Assembly: GCA_015520605.1 (NCBI GenBank) | Contig: WAPT01000011.1 | Coordinates: forward strand, 1-53,065 | From: Nanobdellati archaeon | Lineage (GTDB): Archaea > EX4484-52 > WAPT01 | Length of the DNA: 53,065 nucleotides | Reading direction: 5' to 3' | Part shown: positions 17,615 to 26,646 of the stretch, in pieces | Position numbering within the stretch: position 1 is the first letter of the stretch | How the letters are laid out: each line of letters begins with the position of its first letter | Made by a program: the position numbers and the translations under genes | Notes under the pieces: model-generated | The model's input: only the letters and a program-made list of their open reading frames with translations | Told to the model about the DNA's origin: nothing | Databases searched by the model: none

Positions 17615-18496
17615 ATGCCCTTGAAGGTGTGGTACAACGGAAAAATAGTCGAAGATCCCACAGTACCAATCACTTGTCATGCCCTTCATTACGGGACAGC
17701 GGTGTTTGAGGGTATAAGGTGTTACAGGCTTACGGGCGGTGAGCTTGGAATTTTCAGGCTCAGAGATCACATAGACAGGTTTTTCCGCTCGGCCCGTGTG
17801 CTAAGAATGAACATAAAGTTTACAAGAGAGGAGCTAATGAATGCATGCAAAAAAGTGGTTGTGGAGAATGATCTTGATGATGCCTACATGAGGCCTATAG
17901 CCTTCTACAACTTTGGCAGGATAGGGTTAAATGTAAAGAATGAGAATGTTGATGTTGCTGTCTTTGCCATCAACTTCCCCTCTTACCTCGGCAATAACGC
18001 TGTGAGGGTTAAAATAAGCAGCTACAGACGAATACATCCAATGATATCCGATCCAAGAGCAAAGCTTTCCGGTCACTATTTGAACTCGGTGCTAGCAACC
18101 CTTGAAGCCAGAGAAATGGGTTACGATGAGGCTATTATGCTTGATCTTGAGGGTAACATCGCCGAGGGACCAGGAGAGAACATATTTTTTGTTAAGGATA
18201 ATGTGCTCGTTACACCCTCTTCAGACAGTATTCTTGAAGGTATAACGCGTGACTCCGTCATTAAGCTTGCGAATGACCTTGGCTTTGAGGTGCAGATAAG
18301 AAATGTCTCGGTACATGAGCTTGAATGTTTTGATGAGGCATTCTTTACCGGAACAGCAGCAGAGATAACTCCCATAAGACAGATCAACAACATAACCTAC
18401 AGGGTTGAGGCCTCCAAGGAAATTCAGAAGTATTACATGGACATTGTAAGAGGTAAGGTAGAAAAGTATCTGAACTGGATAGAAATCGTGAAGTGA
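17615..18496 (+). CDS. ilvE: branched-chain amino acid aminotransferase (fold type IV)
   Basis: HYGTAVFEGIRCY and EGPGENIFFV motifs. TATATAAAA at 17582-17590 lies ~25 nt upstream of ATG 17615, suggesting a leaderless start rather than GTG 17591. Confidence 0.8.
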   Translation: MPLKVWYNGKIVEDPTVPITCHALHYGTAVFEGIRCYRLTGGELGIFRLRDHIDRFFRSARVLRMNIKFTREELMNACKKVVVENDLDDAYMRPIAFYNFGRIGLNVKNENVDVAVFAINFPSYLGNNAVRVKISSYRRIHPMISDPRAKLSGHYLNSVLATLEAREMGYDEAIMLDLEGNIAEGPGENIFFVKDNVLVTPSSDSILEGITRDSVIKLANDLGFEVQIRNVSVHELECFDEAFFTGTAAEITPIRQINNITYRVEASKEIQKYYMDIVRGKVEKYLNWIEIVK

Positions 18497-18542
18497 AAGT
18501 GTAAAAGTAAAATTTTAGCAGGAAAAAGAAGGAATTTTCGGA

Positions 18543-19346
18543 TCACCTGATTCTTTCCAGAATTTTTCTGAGCCTATCAAGTTCGACTTTGAGCTGGTAT
18601 AGCTCATCCCCGCCCGTTAGTCTCTGCTCATCAAATTCCTCAGGGTAGGTCTTATTTCCTTCTTCCAGAAGTTCCAGAGACCTTTTCCACGCTCTGTCTA
18701 TTTTCTCGGCACTTTCCTCAAGCCTCTTTATAGCTTCCTCCTTAATCGATTCCGCTTTTGCAAGCAACTCTACGGTTTCAGCAATCTCCTTTATGGCATC
18801 CCTTGCCGTAATGAGCTGCTCCGCTATCTCCCTGTGTTCATCGATTTTCACGAACAAATCCTTCTCTTGCTTCTTTATCTCTACCCTAGGTGAGCTTGTT
18901 GCGCCCGCCCCGTAATCTGAGGTCTTCGAAACGAACTTGCCACTTTCCTTTAATTTATTGATAAGGTTCTCTGCGCTTCTCCCGACTGCCGCGATCTGCT
19001 CTTTAGATGAAGAGAGTTGAGCTTTAGTCTCTACTTTAACCTCGGAAGGCTTATCGACACTCTTCACATCCTTCTCGGCTGGAACGGAAGGGATTGGTGC
19101 AGCGTTCTGATGCTCCTGAGGCGAAGTAAGCGGTTGCTTCACCTCTACAGGATTGGGCTGTGGTGGAGATGCGCTGGAGCTCGAAACCATCGATTTCAAC
19201 TTTTTCTTCTCTTTATCGATTTTTTTTAGAGCATCTTCAAGCATCCTTATCTCGTCTCCATCCTTGCCAGAAACAGCAGGATCAATGCCCACCACGGCCT
19301 TTAAACGGTTTATTTCAGTGTTGTCAAGCTTCTTTTTTTCCATCAA
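18543..19346 (-). CDS. hypothetical coiled-coil protein with a Pro/Ser/Gln-rich low-complexity linker
   Basis: 267 aa. Heptad-like Lys/Glu-rich N- and C-terminal parts flank SSSASPPQPNPVEVKQPLTSPQEHQNAAPIPSVP. Confidence 0.5.
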   Translation of the reverse strand: MMEKKKLDNTEINRLKAVVGIDPAVSGKDGDEIRMLEDALKKIDKEKKKLKSMVSSSSASPPQPNPVEVKQPLTSPQEHQNAAPIPSVPAEKDVKSVDKPSEVKVETKAQLSSSKEQIAAVGRSAENLINKLKESGKFVSKTSDYGAGATSSPRVEIKKQEKDLFVKIDEHREIAEQLITARDAIKEIAETVELLAKAESIKEEAIKRLEESAEKIDRAWKRSLELLEEGNKTYPEEFDEQRLTGGDELYQLKVELDRLRKILERIR

Positions 19347-19453
19347 GCACGATCACCTTACAACATTAATTAAAAATGGACTCAAAAAATATATATAGCT
19401 TGTTTAGGGTTGTATGTAGATAACTTGGAAGTTGTTCTAAAATTAGTGAAGAT

Positions 19454-19547
19454 TGGCGGACCCGCCGGGATTTTCAGCAGCTTGGCTTTCGAACCCGGGT
19501 CAGAGGCTCCGCAAGCCCCCATTCTGTCCAGGCTAAACTACGGGTCC
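19454..19547 (-). tRNA. tRNA-Arg(GCG) with a 17-nt insertion in the T-loop (19471-19487) and encoded CCA
   Basis: Reverse complement reads GGACCCG-TA-GTTT..GAAT-G-GGGGC-TTGCGGA-GCCTC-TGAC-CCGGG-TTCGAA[AGCCAAGCTGCTGAAAA]T-CCCGG-CGGGTCC-G-CCA. All four stems pair, and the T-loop is normal only after removing the insert. Confidence 0.7.
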
Positions 19548-19673
19548 GCAAAGGCCATCCGTTTGGAGCACGCAGGTGCCAGCTTTCTATTTCTTGGCAA
19601 AATCTAAAAATGTTTATAAATTTTTCCCGGCTAAATACCTTATTCCGCTATCTTGAAGTGGAGGTGGAATAGT

Positions 19674-19853
19674 ATGACTGAAAAAATAGCGATGAAGCGT
19701 TGCACATCATGTAACAGTGTTATAGCGCCGGGAGAACATTTCGCCGAGTTTCCATGCCCGAGATGCGGCAAGACAATCATAATAAGATGTGAAAAGTGCA
19801 AGGTTCTTGTTAATGAATATACATGTCCTGAGTGCGGCTTTATTGGGCCCTGA
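19674..19853 (+). CDS. small zinc-ribbon protein typically found upstream of aEF-1beta
   Basis: Four CxxC pairs (CTSC, CPRC, CEKC, CPEC). A GGAGGTGG RBS precedes ATG 19674. Conserved synteny with the EF-1beta gene. Confidence 0.7.
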   Translation: MTEKIAMKRCTSCNSVIAPGEHFAEFPCPRCGKTIIIRCEKCKVLVNEYTCPECGFIGP

Positions 19854-19879
19854 GCGGCAAAAAAGCTGGGGGTGTAGTG

Positions 19880-20140
19880 ATGGGAAGGAAGGTTGCCATA
19901 AGTCTGAGAATTATGCCGGAAAGTGCCGACTCCGATGTGGAGGGCATAGCGAGGAAACTAAAAGAAATTGGGTTTGAACTCAAGGACACAAAGATAGTGC
20001 CGATAGCATTCGGACTCAAGGCAATAGAGGCTGTTTTTCTTCTACCTGATGAGGCCAATGCTTCGGAGCAGCTCGAGGAGAAAATAAAAGACATAGAAGG
20101 TGTTTCGGACGTAGAGACGGTCAGCGTTACACTCGTGTGA
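19880..20140 (+). CDS. translation elongation factor aEF-1 beta
   Basis: 86 aa. VAISLRIMPES...IVPIAFGLKAIEAVF...VETVSVTLV is typical of aEF-1beta. Confidence 0.8.
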   Translation: MGRKVAISLRIMPESADSDVEGIARKLKEIGFELKDTKIVPIAFGLKAIEAVFLLPDEANASEQLEEKIKDIEGVSDVETVSVTLV

Positions 20141-20199
20141 TGTCGAAAGATGGACAAAATACTTAAATTTTTGAAAAGAGGAAATAACACCGTGATATC

Positions 20200-21762
20200 A
20201 TGCGAATGCTGAAAAAGACGAGATCAGTCTGTCCCAAATGTAAGAGAGTTCTGGAAGCTGATATAGTGGAGGAGAACGAGAAGGTATTTATCATAAAGAC
20301 ATGTCCCGAGCACGGAACCTTTAAGGAGGTTTACTGGAGCGACTATTACATGTACTTTCAGGCGGAAAAATATGGAAATGACGGTAGGGGTGTTGAAAAT
20401 CCGAAAATAAACGCATCAAGCGAGGATTCGTGCCCGTGGGCGTGCGGTCTCTGCAATTTCCATAAAAGCCACACAGTTCTTGCGAACATCTTTGTCACCA
20501 ACAGATGTGATCTAAGATGCTGGTACTGTTTTGCGAACGCTGGGGCACAGGGTTATGTTTATGAACCTGACTTTGAGACCATAGTGAAGATGCTTAGAGT
20601 ACTGAGGGAAAACAAACCCGTGCCGACTCCAGCCGTGCAGTTTACCGGAGGGGAACCCCTCCTCAGAGATGACATGCTTGATATTGTGAGGGAAGCGAAA
20701 AAGCTTGGATTCCCTCATATTCAGCTCAACACGAACGGATTGAGATTTGCGAGAGAGCCGGAGCTTGCTGTGGAGTTCAGAGAAGCGGGTGTGAATGTTG
20801 TTTATCTGAGCTTTGATGGCGTAACCGAGAAGACCAATCCGAAGAATCATAAATACATTCCGGCTATTCTCAATGCTCTAAGAGATGCAGAGATGCCTGT
20901 GGTGCTCGTGCCCACTGTCATAAAGGGTGTCAATGATCATGAGATTGGTGCCATAATAGAGTTTGCCATAAGGAACATTGACATAGTCAGGGGTGTGAAC
21001 TTCCAGCCCGTGTCATTTGTGGGGAGCATGCCAGCAAAGCTGCGTGAGAAGATGCGCATCACAATTCCGGATGTCATCCATGCCATAGAGGAACAGACCA
21101 GCGGAAAAATACCTATAAACGCGTTCTATCCTGTACCGACCGTTGTGCCGGTTTCAAGGTTCGTAGAGGCTCTTACAGGGGAACCTCAGGTTGAATTTAC
21201 AGCGCACCCGCATTGCGGTATGGCGACCTACATTTTCGTTGATGAAGAAAGAGGTGTTGTGCCCATAACAGAATTCATAGATGTGCCAGGATTCATAACA
21301 CTGCTCAACTCCATGGCCAGAGAGAATTTGCAGAGCAGGATAGGGAAGGCTAAGGCTCTTGCGAAGCTCATGACCGGGATAAACAAAGTCATTGACGCTT
21401 CAAAAGTTCCGAAGGGTATGGACGTGAAAAAGATTCTCATCGACATTTTCAAGAATGCGGATTACTCAACTCTCGGAGAATTCCACTGGAATACACTTTT
21501 CATTGGTATGATGCATTTTCAGGATCCATATAACTATGATATTGAGCGCGTTAAGAGATGCGTTATTCACTACGCAACTCCCGATGGTAGAATAATCCCG
21601 TTCTGCACTTACAACGTATTCCCCGAGGTTTACCGGGATAAGATAAACGAGCAGTACGGAATGAGTATAGAGGAGTGGGAAAGTAAAACGGGCAGAAAGC
21701 TGGAGGATGAGATTGTGGGGCGGGTCACGGAAGAGGGATTTAAGGAGAAGGAATTCAATTGA
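20200..21762 (+). CDS. radical SAM protein with an N-terminal zinc-ribbon; candidate tetraether lipid synthase (Tes / GDGT-MAS-like)
   Basis: CPKC...CPEH N-terminal ribbon, CDLRCWYC (CxxxCxxC) and GGEPLLR motifs. The ~520-aa architecture matches the family reported as archaeal tetraether synthase. Confidence 0.6.
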   Translation: MRMLKKTRSVCPKCKRVLEADIVEENEKVFIIKTCPEHGTFKEVYWSDYYMYFQAEKYGNDGRGVENPKINASSEDSCPWACGLCNFHKSHTVLANIFVTNRCDLRCWYCFANAGAQGYVYEPDFETIVKMLRVLRENKPVPTPAVQFTGGEPLLRDDMLDIVREAKKLGFPHIQLNTNGLRFAREPELAVEFREAGVNVVYLSFDGVTEKTNPKNHKYIPAILNALRDAEMPVVLVPTVIKGVNDHEIGAIIEFAIRNIDIVRGVNFQPVSFVGSMPAKLREKMRITIPDVIHAIEEQTSGKIPINAFYPVPTVVPVSRFVEALTGEPQVEFTAHPHCGMATYIFVDEERGVVPITEFIDVPGFITLLNSMARENLQSRIGKAKALAKLMTGINKVIDASKVPKGMDVKKILIDIFKNADYSTLGEFHWNTLFIGMMHFQDPYNYDIERVKRCVIHYATPDGRIIPFCTYNVFPEVYRDKINEQYGMSIEEWESKTGRKLEDEIVGRVTEEGFKEKEFN

Positions 21763-22060
21763 ATTACTACCTCTTTTTTAATTCGAACTTGATTAATTGA
21801 TTCGGTAAGAACCGGTTAAGAGATTTACCCAACCCCCATTTCTTACCATCAGAGAAGTCGAGGGGTCTCATGCTCCACATAAATGTTAGAAGTCCTAATG
21901 TTGATTCCACGAGGTGCGAACTTCGTGGTTGAATAATGCGATCCGTTTTAAGCATTTCACGGGTGGTGTCCTTCACGAAAAATCCTGCTTATTTTTCTCA
22001 TCCATTCGACTCTTCGAACCCGCAAAACTATAAAAATTTTAAAATACACATATTCAACTC

Positions 22061-22798
22061 ATGAACCCACGACACAAAAACTATATCTTTAATGTTTTGG
22101 GTGTATTTTTTCTAACCATCGTTCTTGTTATTTTCTCGATTCTCTATGGAACTAAGGCGTCGGCACTTTCTTATAATCAGGTTCTTCACAGATCTCCAAC
22201 ATTTCATCTTGTGAAGGATATTTATGTTTTGCTCTCAGGAAGCTATTACCCAATTTCAGATTGGTTTGGCTTCGGAATGAATCGATTGAAAATCAATAAA
22301 ATGTTGGATGTGTCTGGAGATGTTCGTGTTGGGAACAACGTGATTATAAGGGGAAATGGAAGTGTTTCTACAGGACTAAATGCTGACAAACTTGATGGGT
22401 ACGAAGCAAGCGATTTGTTAGCAGCTAGTGGTGGGAATGGAGAATACAGAATATACTATGCATGTGCTGGAGCAACTAGACAATACTATGATTATCCTCC
22501 TTGGCCTTCGGTAAATGTTCCGTCTTGCCCGTCTGGTTGGGAAGAGGTTTATTATAGAGATGGTCTTCATGATCCAGGTTATACATATTATCCTGGATTC
22601 CAACTAATTAGTGATGGTAGTTTGACATGCCAGGACCACGCTGTAAGTGATTATTATACCACTGTCTGGGCTTCTTGTACGGTTAAAATTGTGGATGGTT
22701 CCGGAACCGTGATAAAATCTTTTACAGAAACTAACTGGGGTAATCCTTCAGTTTCTGTGCGTGTAAATTGTGGTTACAGAGTTTGTAAGAAAATTTAG
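22061..22798 (+). CDS. secreted hypothetical protein with a tail-fibre-like LDG.xASD motif and a Cys-rich C-terminal domain
   Basis: Signal peptide with an ASA|L site (..YGTKASALS..) and GLNADKLDGYEASDLL. Six or more Cys in the C-terminal half. AT-rich. Confidence 0.5.
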   Translation: MNPRHKNYIFNVLGVFFLTIVLVIFSILYGTKASALSYNQVLHRSPTFHLVKDIYVLLSGSYYPISDWFGFGMNRLKINKMLDVSGDVRVGNNVIIRGNGSVSTGLNADKLDGYEASDLLAASGGNGEYRIYYACAGATRQYYDYPPWPSVNVPSCPSGWEEVYYRDGLHDPGYTYYPGFQLISDGSLTCQDHAVSDYYTTVWASCTVKIVDGSGTVIKSFTETNWGNPSVSVRVNCGYRVCKKI

Positions 22799-22999
22799 CG
22801 ATTGATAAAACCTTTTATTCAATAATTGCTTATAAAACTCGTGAAAAATTTACTTATTCACACAATCTTTCAAAATGGGAATGTCTATAAAATTTGATCA
22901 CCGTCGGTATGAGATCGGTATTTTATGAGTTTATCGATTGGTTTTTGCATTCTCTAACCAGCATAACAGTTTTTATTTGTTTAATTCTGAAATGTCAAT

Positions 23000-23593
23000 A
23001 TGATGAACAAAATTTCTGCGTTCGTGATTGTTTTGTCCCTTTTTATTCTATGTTTTTTCTTAATTAGATCCAACAACCATGATAATGCCAATAACAACTC
23101 CAGTTATGTACATATTGATATGAGCTGTGTAACCGTGGAGAAACACAGGATTAGAGGTAGTTCGCTTGAACCCGTATTTAGAGATGGTCAGATAGTTGTG
23201 CTTCTCAGAGGATATTATGTGTGCAATTCTCCAAAAAGGGGAGACGTGGTGGCCATAAAATTCCGTACAAGAAATGAAATTTTTGTTAAGAAGCTTGTGG
23301 GGCTCCCTGGCGACTATGTTAGATTTGAGGGCGACCACCTCATACTTGACGGAGATGTTTTAAAAAACAGCTTAAATGAACCATACCTGTTTTCGGACAG
23401 GGCCATAAAAATTCTGAGCATCCCGCTTGAGGGCGGGAAAATACCGTCAAACAACTTTATGGTGCTTGGAGAAGAAGTGAGCGAGGAAAAATCATTCGAT
23501 TCCAGAAGCTTCGGTTATATTACTAAAGAACAAATGATAGGACGGGTTTTAAGTCTGAAAGAATGGGAAGAGTTGAGTAAAACATCAAAATGA
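23000..23593 (+). CDS. bacterial-type signal peptidase I (S26A, Ser/Lys dyad)
   Basis: N-terminal TM segment. Box B is GSSLEP, box C is RGDVVAIKF, box D is VKKLVGLPGDYV (Lys-containing) and box E is GEE..S.DSRSFGYI. Confidence 0.7.
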   Translation: MMNKISAFVIVLSLFILCFFLIRSNNHDNANNNSSYVHIDMSCVTVEKHRIRGSSLEPVFRDGQIVVLLRGYYVCNSPKRGDVVAIKFRTRNEIFVKKLVGLPGDYVRFEGDHLILDGDVLKNSLNEPYLFSDRAIKILSIPLEGGKIPSNNFMVLGEEVSEEKSFDSRSFGYITKEQMIGRVLSLKEWEELSKTSK

Positions 23594-23692
23594 TGGTATA
23601 ATTTTTGTGTTTTATACTAAATAGCGCTAACCATTCCGTTGTAAACCAATAACTTAGTTACAGACTTAAATCTTTTCACACAACACAGGTCT

Positions 23693-24718
23693 ATGGGCGT
23701 AAAAATAAGCGAGCTCGTGCCGAAAAAGGAGATAAAGATCGAGGATCTCGCCCACAAAGTTCTTGCTGTTGACGCCTTTAACGCGATTTATCAGTTCTTA
23801 AGTATAATAAGGCAATCCGATGGCACACCGCTAAAGGATTCAAAGGGCAGAATAACTTCCCACCTCTCTGGCCTGTTCTACAGAAACATAAATCTACTCG
23901 AGAAAGGACTAAAACCTGTTTATGTGTTCGATGGTGAAAGGCCCACATTCAAGAAGAGGACGGTTGAGGAAAGGGAAAAGATAAGACAGGAAGCAATGCA
24001 GAAGTGGAAGCAAGCTCTGGAAGCCGGTGATCTGGAGGAAGCGAGGAAATACGCTCAGGCGGCGGTGATTCTTGACGAGGAAATAATAATGGAAGCCAAA
24101 GAGCTCTTAACGGCTATGGGGATTCCTGTCTTGCAGGCTCCCTCTGAGGGAGAGGCTCAAGCTGCCTACATGGCAAGAAAAGGCCAGGCATACGCTTCCG
24201 TCTCCCAGGATATGGACTCTCTGCTTTTCGGATCACCGAGGTTAGTGAGAAATTTAAACATAACCGGCAAACGGAAAGTACCGGGCAGACCGTACTACAA
24301 GGAAATATATCCTCAGTTGATAGAGCTGCAGGAAGTTCTCCAAACTCTTAAAATAGACCACGATCAGCTTATAATCCTTGGTATTTTGGTGGGTACCGAT
24401 TATAACCCTGAAGGGGTGAGGGGGGTCGGTCCGAAAAGGGCACTTGAGCTTGTGAGGACTTACAGAACTCTCGACAGAATTCTCCTCCATGTGAAGTGGG
24501 AGCACGATGTTGATCCGCATGCTCTTTTTGAATTTTTCAAGAACCCTCCAGTTGTTGATGCGGAGATAAAGTTCCCTCCGATCGATAAGGAGAGGATAAA
24601 GAAAATCCTCGTGGACGAGCATGATTTTTCTCCTGAAAGGGTTGAGAACGCACTGGAGAGACTCGAGGAAGCGGAAAAGACTAGGCAGCAAAAGACTCTC
24701 TTCTCATTTTCCCCATGA
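23693..24718 (+). CDS. fen: flap endonuclease FEN-1
   Basis: [43 protein letters not shown] and GVGPKRA motifs. Confidence 0.9.
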   Translation: MGVKISELVPKKEIKIEDLAHKVLAVDAFNAIYQFLSIIRQSDGTPLKDSKGRITSHLSGLFYRNINLLEKGLKPVYVFDGERPTFKKRTVEEREKIRQEAMQKWKQALEAGDLEEARKYAQAAVILDEEIIMEAKELLTAMGIPVLQAPSEGEAQAAYMARKGQAYASVSQDMDSLLFGSPRLVRNLNITGKRKVPGRPYYKEIYPQLIELQEVLQTLKIDHDQLIILGILVGTDYNPEGVRGVGPKRALELVRTYRTLDRILLHVKWEHDVDPHALFEFFKNPPVVDAEIKFPPIDKERIKKILVDEHDFSPERVENALERLEEAEKTRQQKTLFSFSP

Positions 24719-25357
24719 TCTGAACTTCTCCAAAATGCTTTTTACTTCATCATCGCTCACCTGCTCGAAGTTCATATAGAATTGTCCCACAGCATAGAAC
24801 TCCACAGGAGCCTGCACGAAGATAACATAATCGAAATGTTCCCTCAGTTCATCAACTTTATCCGCCGGGATCACCGGCACGGCCAGTACAACTTTTTTGG
24901 CACCTTTTCTTCTTAAATAAGCTGCGGACCCGATCGTTGTTAATCCTGTAGCAACACCGTCATCCACCACAATACAGACTTTATCCTTCACAGTCTTCTC
25001 AACATCCTTATCGGAGACGCCATAGTATTCCATCCTTGCTTTGATCTCTTCTTTAAGCCGTTCAGCTTCCTGTCTTATGTACTCTTCTGAAGCTATCATC
25101 AGAGCTTCATCACTCAGATAAACATTTCCATCAGGATCAACGCTTCCTATCGCGAACTCTTTGTTGAAAGGTGCTCCAATCTTCTTCATAATTACTGGTA
25201 TAAGAGGCAAGCAAAGCTCCTCAGCCACAACCTTCGCCACGACCACCCCACCTCTTGTTATTCCACAAACAACAGAATCACTCCTGTTTTTATAGCTTGC
25301 AAGCTTCCCGACCAGTAATTTTCCGGCATGTTCCCTGTTCTTGAATATCATCTCCAT
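24704..25357 (-). CDS. phosphoribosyltransferase-family protein
   Basis: PRPP-binding motif [14 protein letters not shown]; 217 aa. Confidence 0.7.
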   Translation of the reverse strand: MEMIFKNREHAGKLLVGKLASYKNRSDSVVCGITRGGVVVAKVVAEELCLPLIPVIMKKIGAPFNKEFAIGSVDPDGNVYLSDEALMIASEEYIRQEAERLKEEIKARMEYYGVSDKDVEKTVKDKVCIVVDDGVATGLTTIGSAAYLRRKGAKKVVLAVPVIPADKVDELREHFDYVIFVQAPVEFYAVGQFYMNFEQVSDDEVKSILEKFRSWGK

Positions 25358-25409
25358 AACCTAACTTTTACACAAGTCTTTATATTTCGTTTCTACCATA
25401 GAGAAAAGT

Positions 25410-26276
25410 ATGAAAGACGAAGCTTTCAGATTGGAGGTTGAGAAAACGATAGAGAGTATAAGAGCCCTGAAAATTCAGGGCGCAAGAAGAATAACTCTCG
25501 CATGCCTGAATCTGCTGAGGAAACACGCAGAACTTGAGGGTATAAACGACAGCTACTTTGAACTTGCAGATCTTCTTGCAAACCTTAGACCTACACAGGC
25601 CGTGTTATACAATGCCATGCAACTGGCAAAGAAGGCAAAAGACGTAAAGGACATAGAAAAAGTGATCTCGTATCTGGAGGAAGCAGCAAGCAAAATAGCG
25701 CGGAAGTGGCACCACATAATTGATGATGGAGACGTCATAATCACACACTGCCATTCCACCGAGCTTGTTGAGCTGATAAGAGAGGCTGCAAAACACGGGA
25801 AAATGTTCAAGGTTGTTGTCACCGAGACAAGACCAAAAATGCAGGGTATGATAACCGCGAGAGAACTCAGCAGTGCTGGTATTGAGGTTGTTTATGTTGT
25901 TGACTCCGCTGTGACCCACTTCACGGACGAGGTAACCAAGTTCATGTTCGGGTGTGATGCGGTGAGGGAGGAAGGAATATATAATAAGATTGGCACCTAC
26001 ATGATGGCAGTTTTTGCAAGAGAAATAGAAAAGCCCTGTTACTTTGTGGGGGATGTTCTCAAGATCGATCCGAGAAAGGGAAGGATTGAGGTTGAGATGA
26101 GGGCTCCGGAAGAGGTAGTAAAGCCAGAGGAGCTGGGGGAAAACGTAAAAGTTCTGAACCCTGCTTTTGACTGCACACCATGGAAGTATGCATCATCCTT
26201 TCTTTCAGGCGGTGAAAAAGCATCGTGCTGGGAGGAAGCGAGAAAGCTTGTTAAAGCGGAGTTTGACCTCAAGTGA
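25410..26276 (+). CDS. eIF-2B alpha/beta/delta family protein (aIF-2B / ribose-1,5-bisphosphate isomerase-like)
   Basis: DGDVIITHCHS, VVVTETRPKMQG and LNPAFDCTP resemble the family. The C-terminus is divergent. Confidence 0.65.
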   Translation: MKDEAFRLEVEKTIESIRALKIQGARRITLACLNLLRKHAELEGINDSYFELADLLANLRPTQAVLYNAMQLAKKAKDVKDIEKVISYLEEAASKIARKWHHIIDDGDVIITHCHSTELVELIREAAKHGKMFKVVVTETRPKMQGMITARELSSAGIEVVYVVDSAVTHFTDEVTKFMFGCDAVREEGIYNKIGTYMMAVFAREIEKPCYFVGDVLKIDPRKGRIEVEMRAPEEVVKPEELGENVKVLNPAFDCTPWKYASSFLSGGEKASCWEEARKLVKAEFDLK

Positions 26277-26500
26277 AATTAGGCTTTAGAAAGGGTTTCA
26301 TGTGCTGATCACGATGTTGAATCGTTTAATCTGCGTAGGTAGCTACGATTACGGAGATGCGTGATTTTCCCGAATAACCCCATTTGACTATTTATTAAGT
26401 ATTCCATTTGTTTTTCACCAAAAATCTGATATTCTGACAGAAAATCGAAATCCAACAAGATTTAAAAATCTAATCACCAAAATTAACACCACAGACAAGG

Positions 26501-26595
26501 GTTTAAGAAGAACTAGATGGTGTGGAAGGCACACTTTTCCGCTATCTCGCTATCTATATTTCTGAAAGTTTAAGAAGAACTAGACGGTATGGAAG
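26501..26595. repeat. two 28-nt direct repeats (26/28 identical) separated by 39 nt; either a CRISPR-like mini-array or an operator pair
   Basis: GTTTAAGAAGAACTAGATGGTGTGGAAG (26501-26528) and GTTTAAGAAGAACTAGACGGTATGGAAG (26568-26595). Confidence 0.6.
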
Positions 26596-26646
26596 TGCAG
26601 AAACGCAACGTCACAAGTTTAAAGTTTTAAACATCACGATAAAAGC

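Noticed and set aside
21767-21976. 69-aa minus-strand ORF in the gap after the radical SAM gene
   Set aside because: It has no RBS or motif and lies in a probable non-coding region. It could be a relic, but that cannot be supported.
21990-22030. TTCGAACCCGC segment resembling a tRNA T-arm (possible att remnant)
   Set aside because: There is no complementary stem or acceptor sequence on either strand.
26160-26276. Suspected frameshift at the C-terminus of the eIF-2B-family protein
   Set aside because: The other two frames gave no better family match. The in-frame YASSFLSGGEK aligns position-for-position with the family's Y.D.IITE.G pattern.
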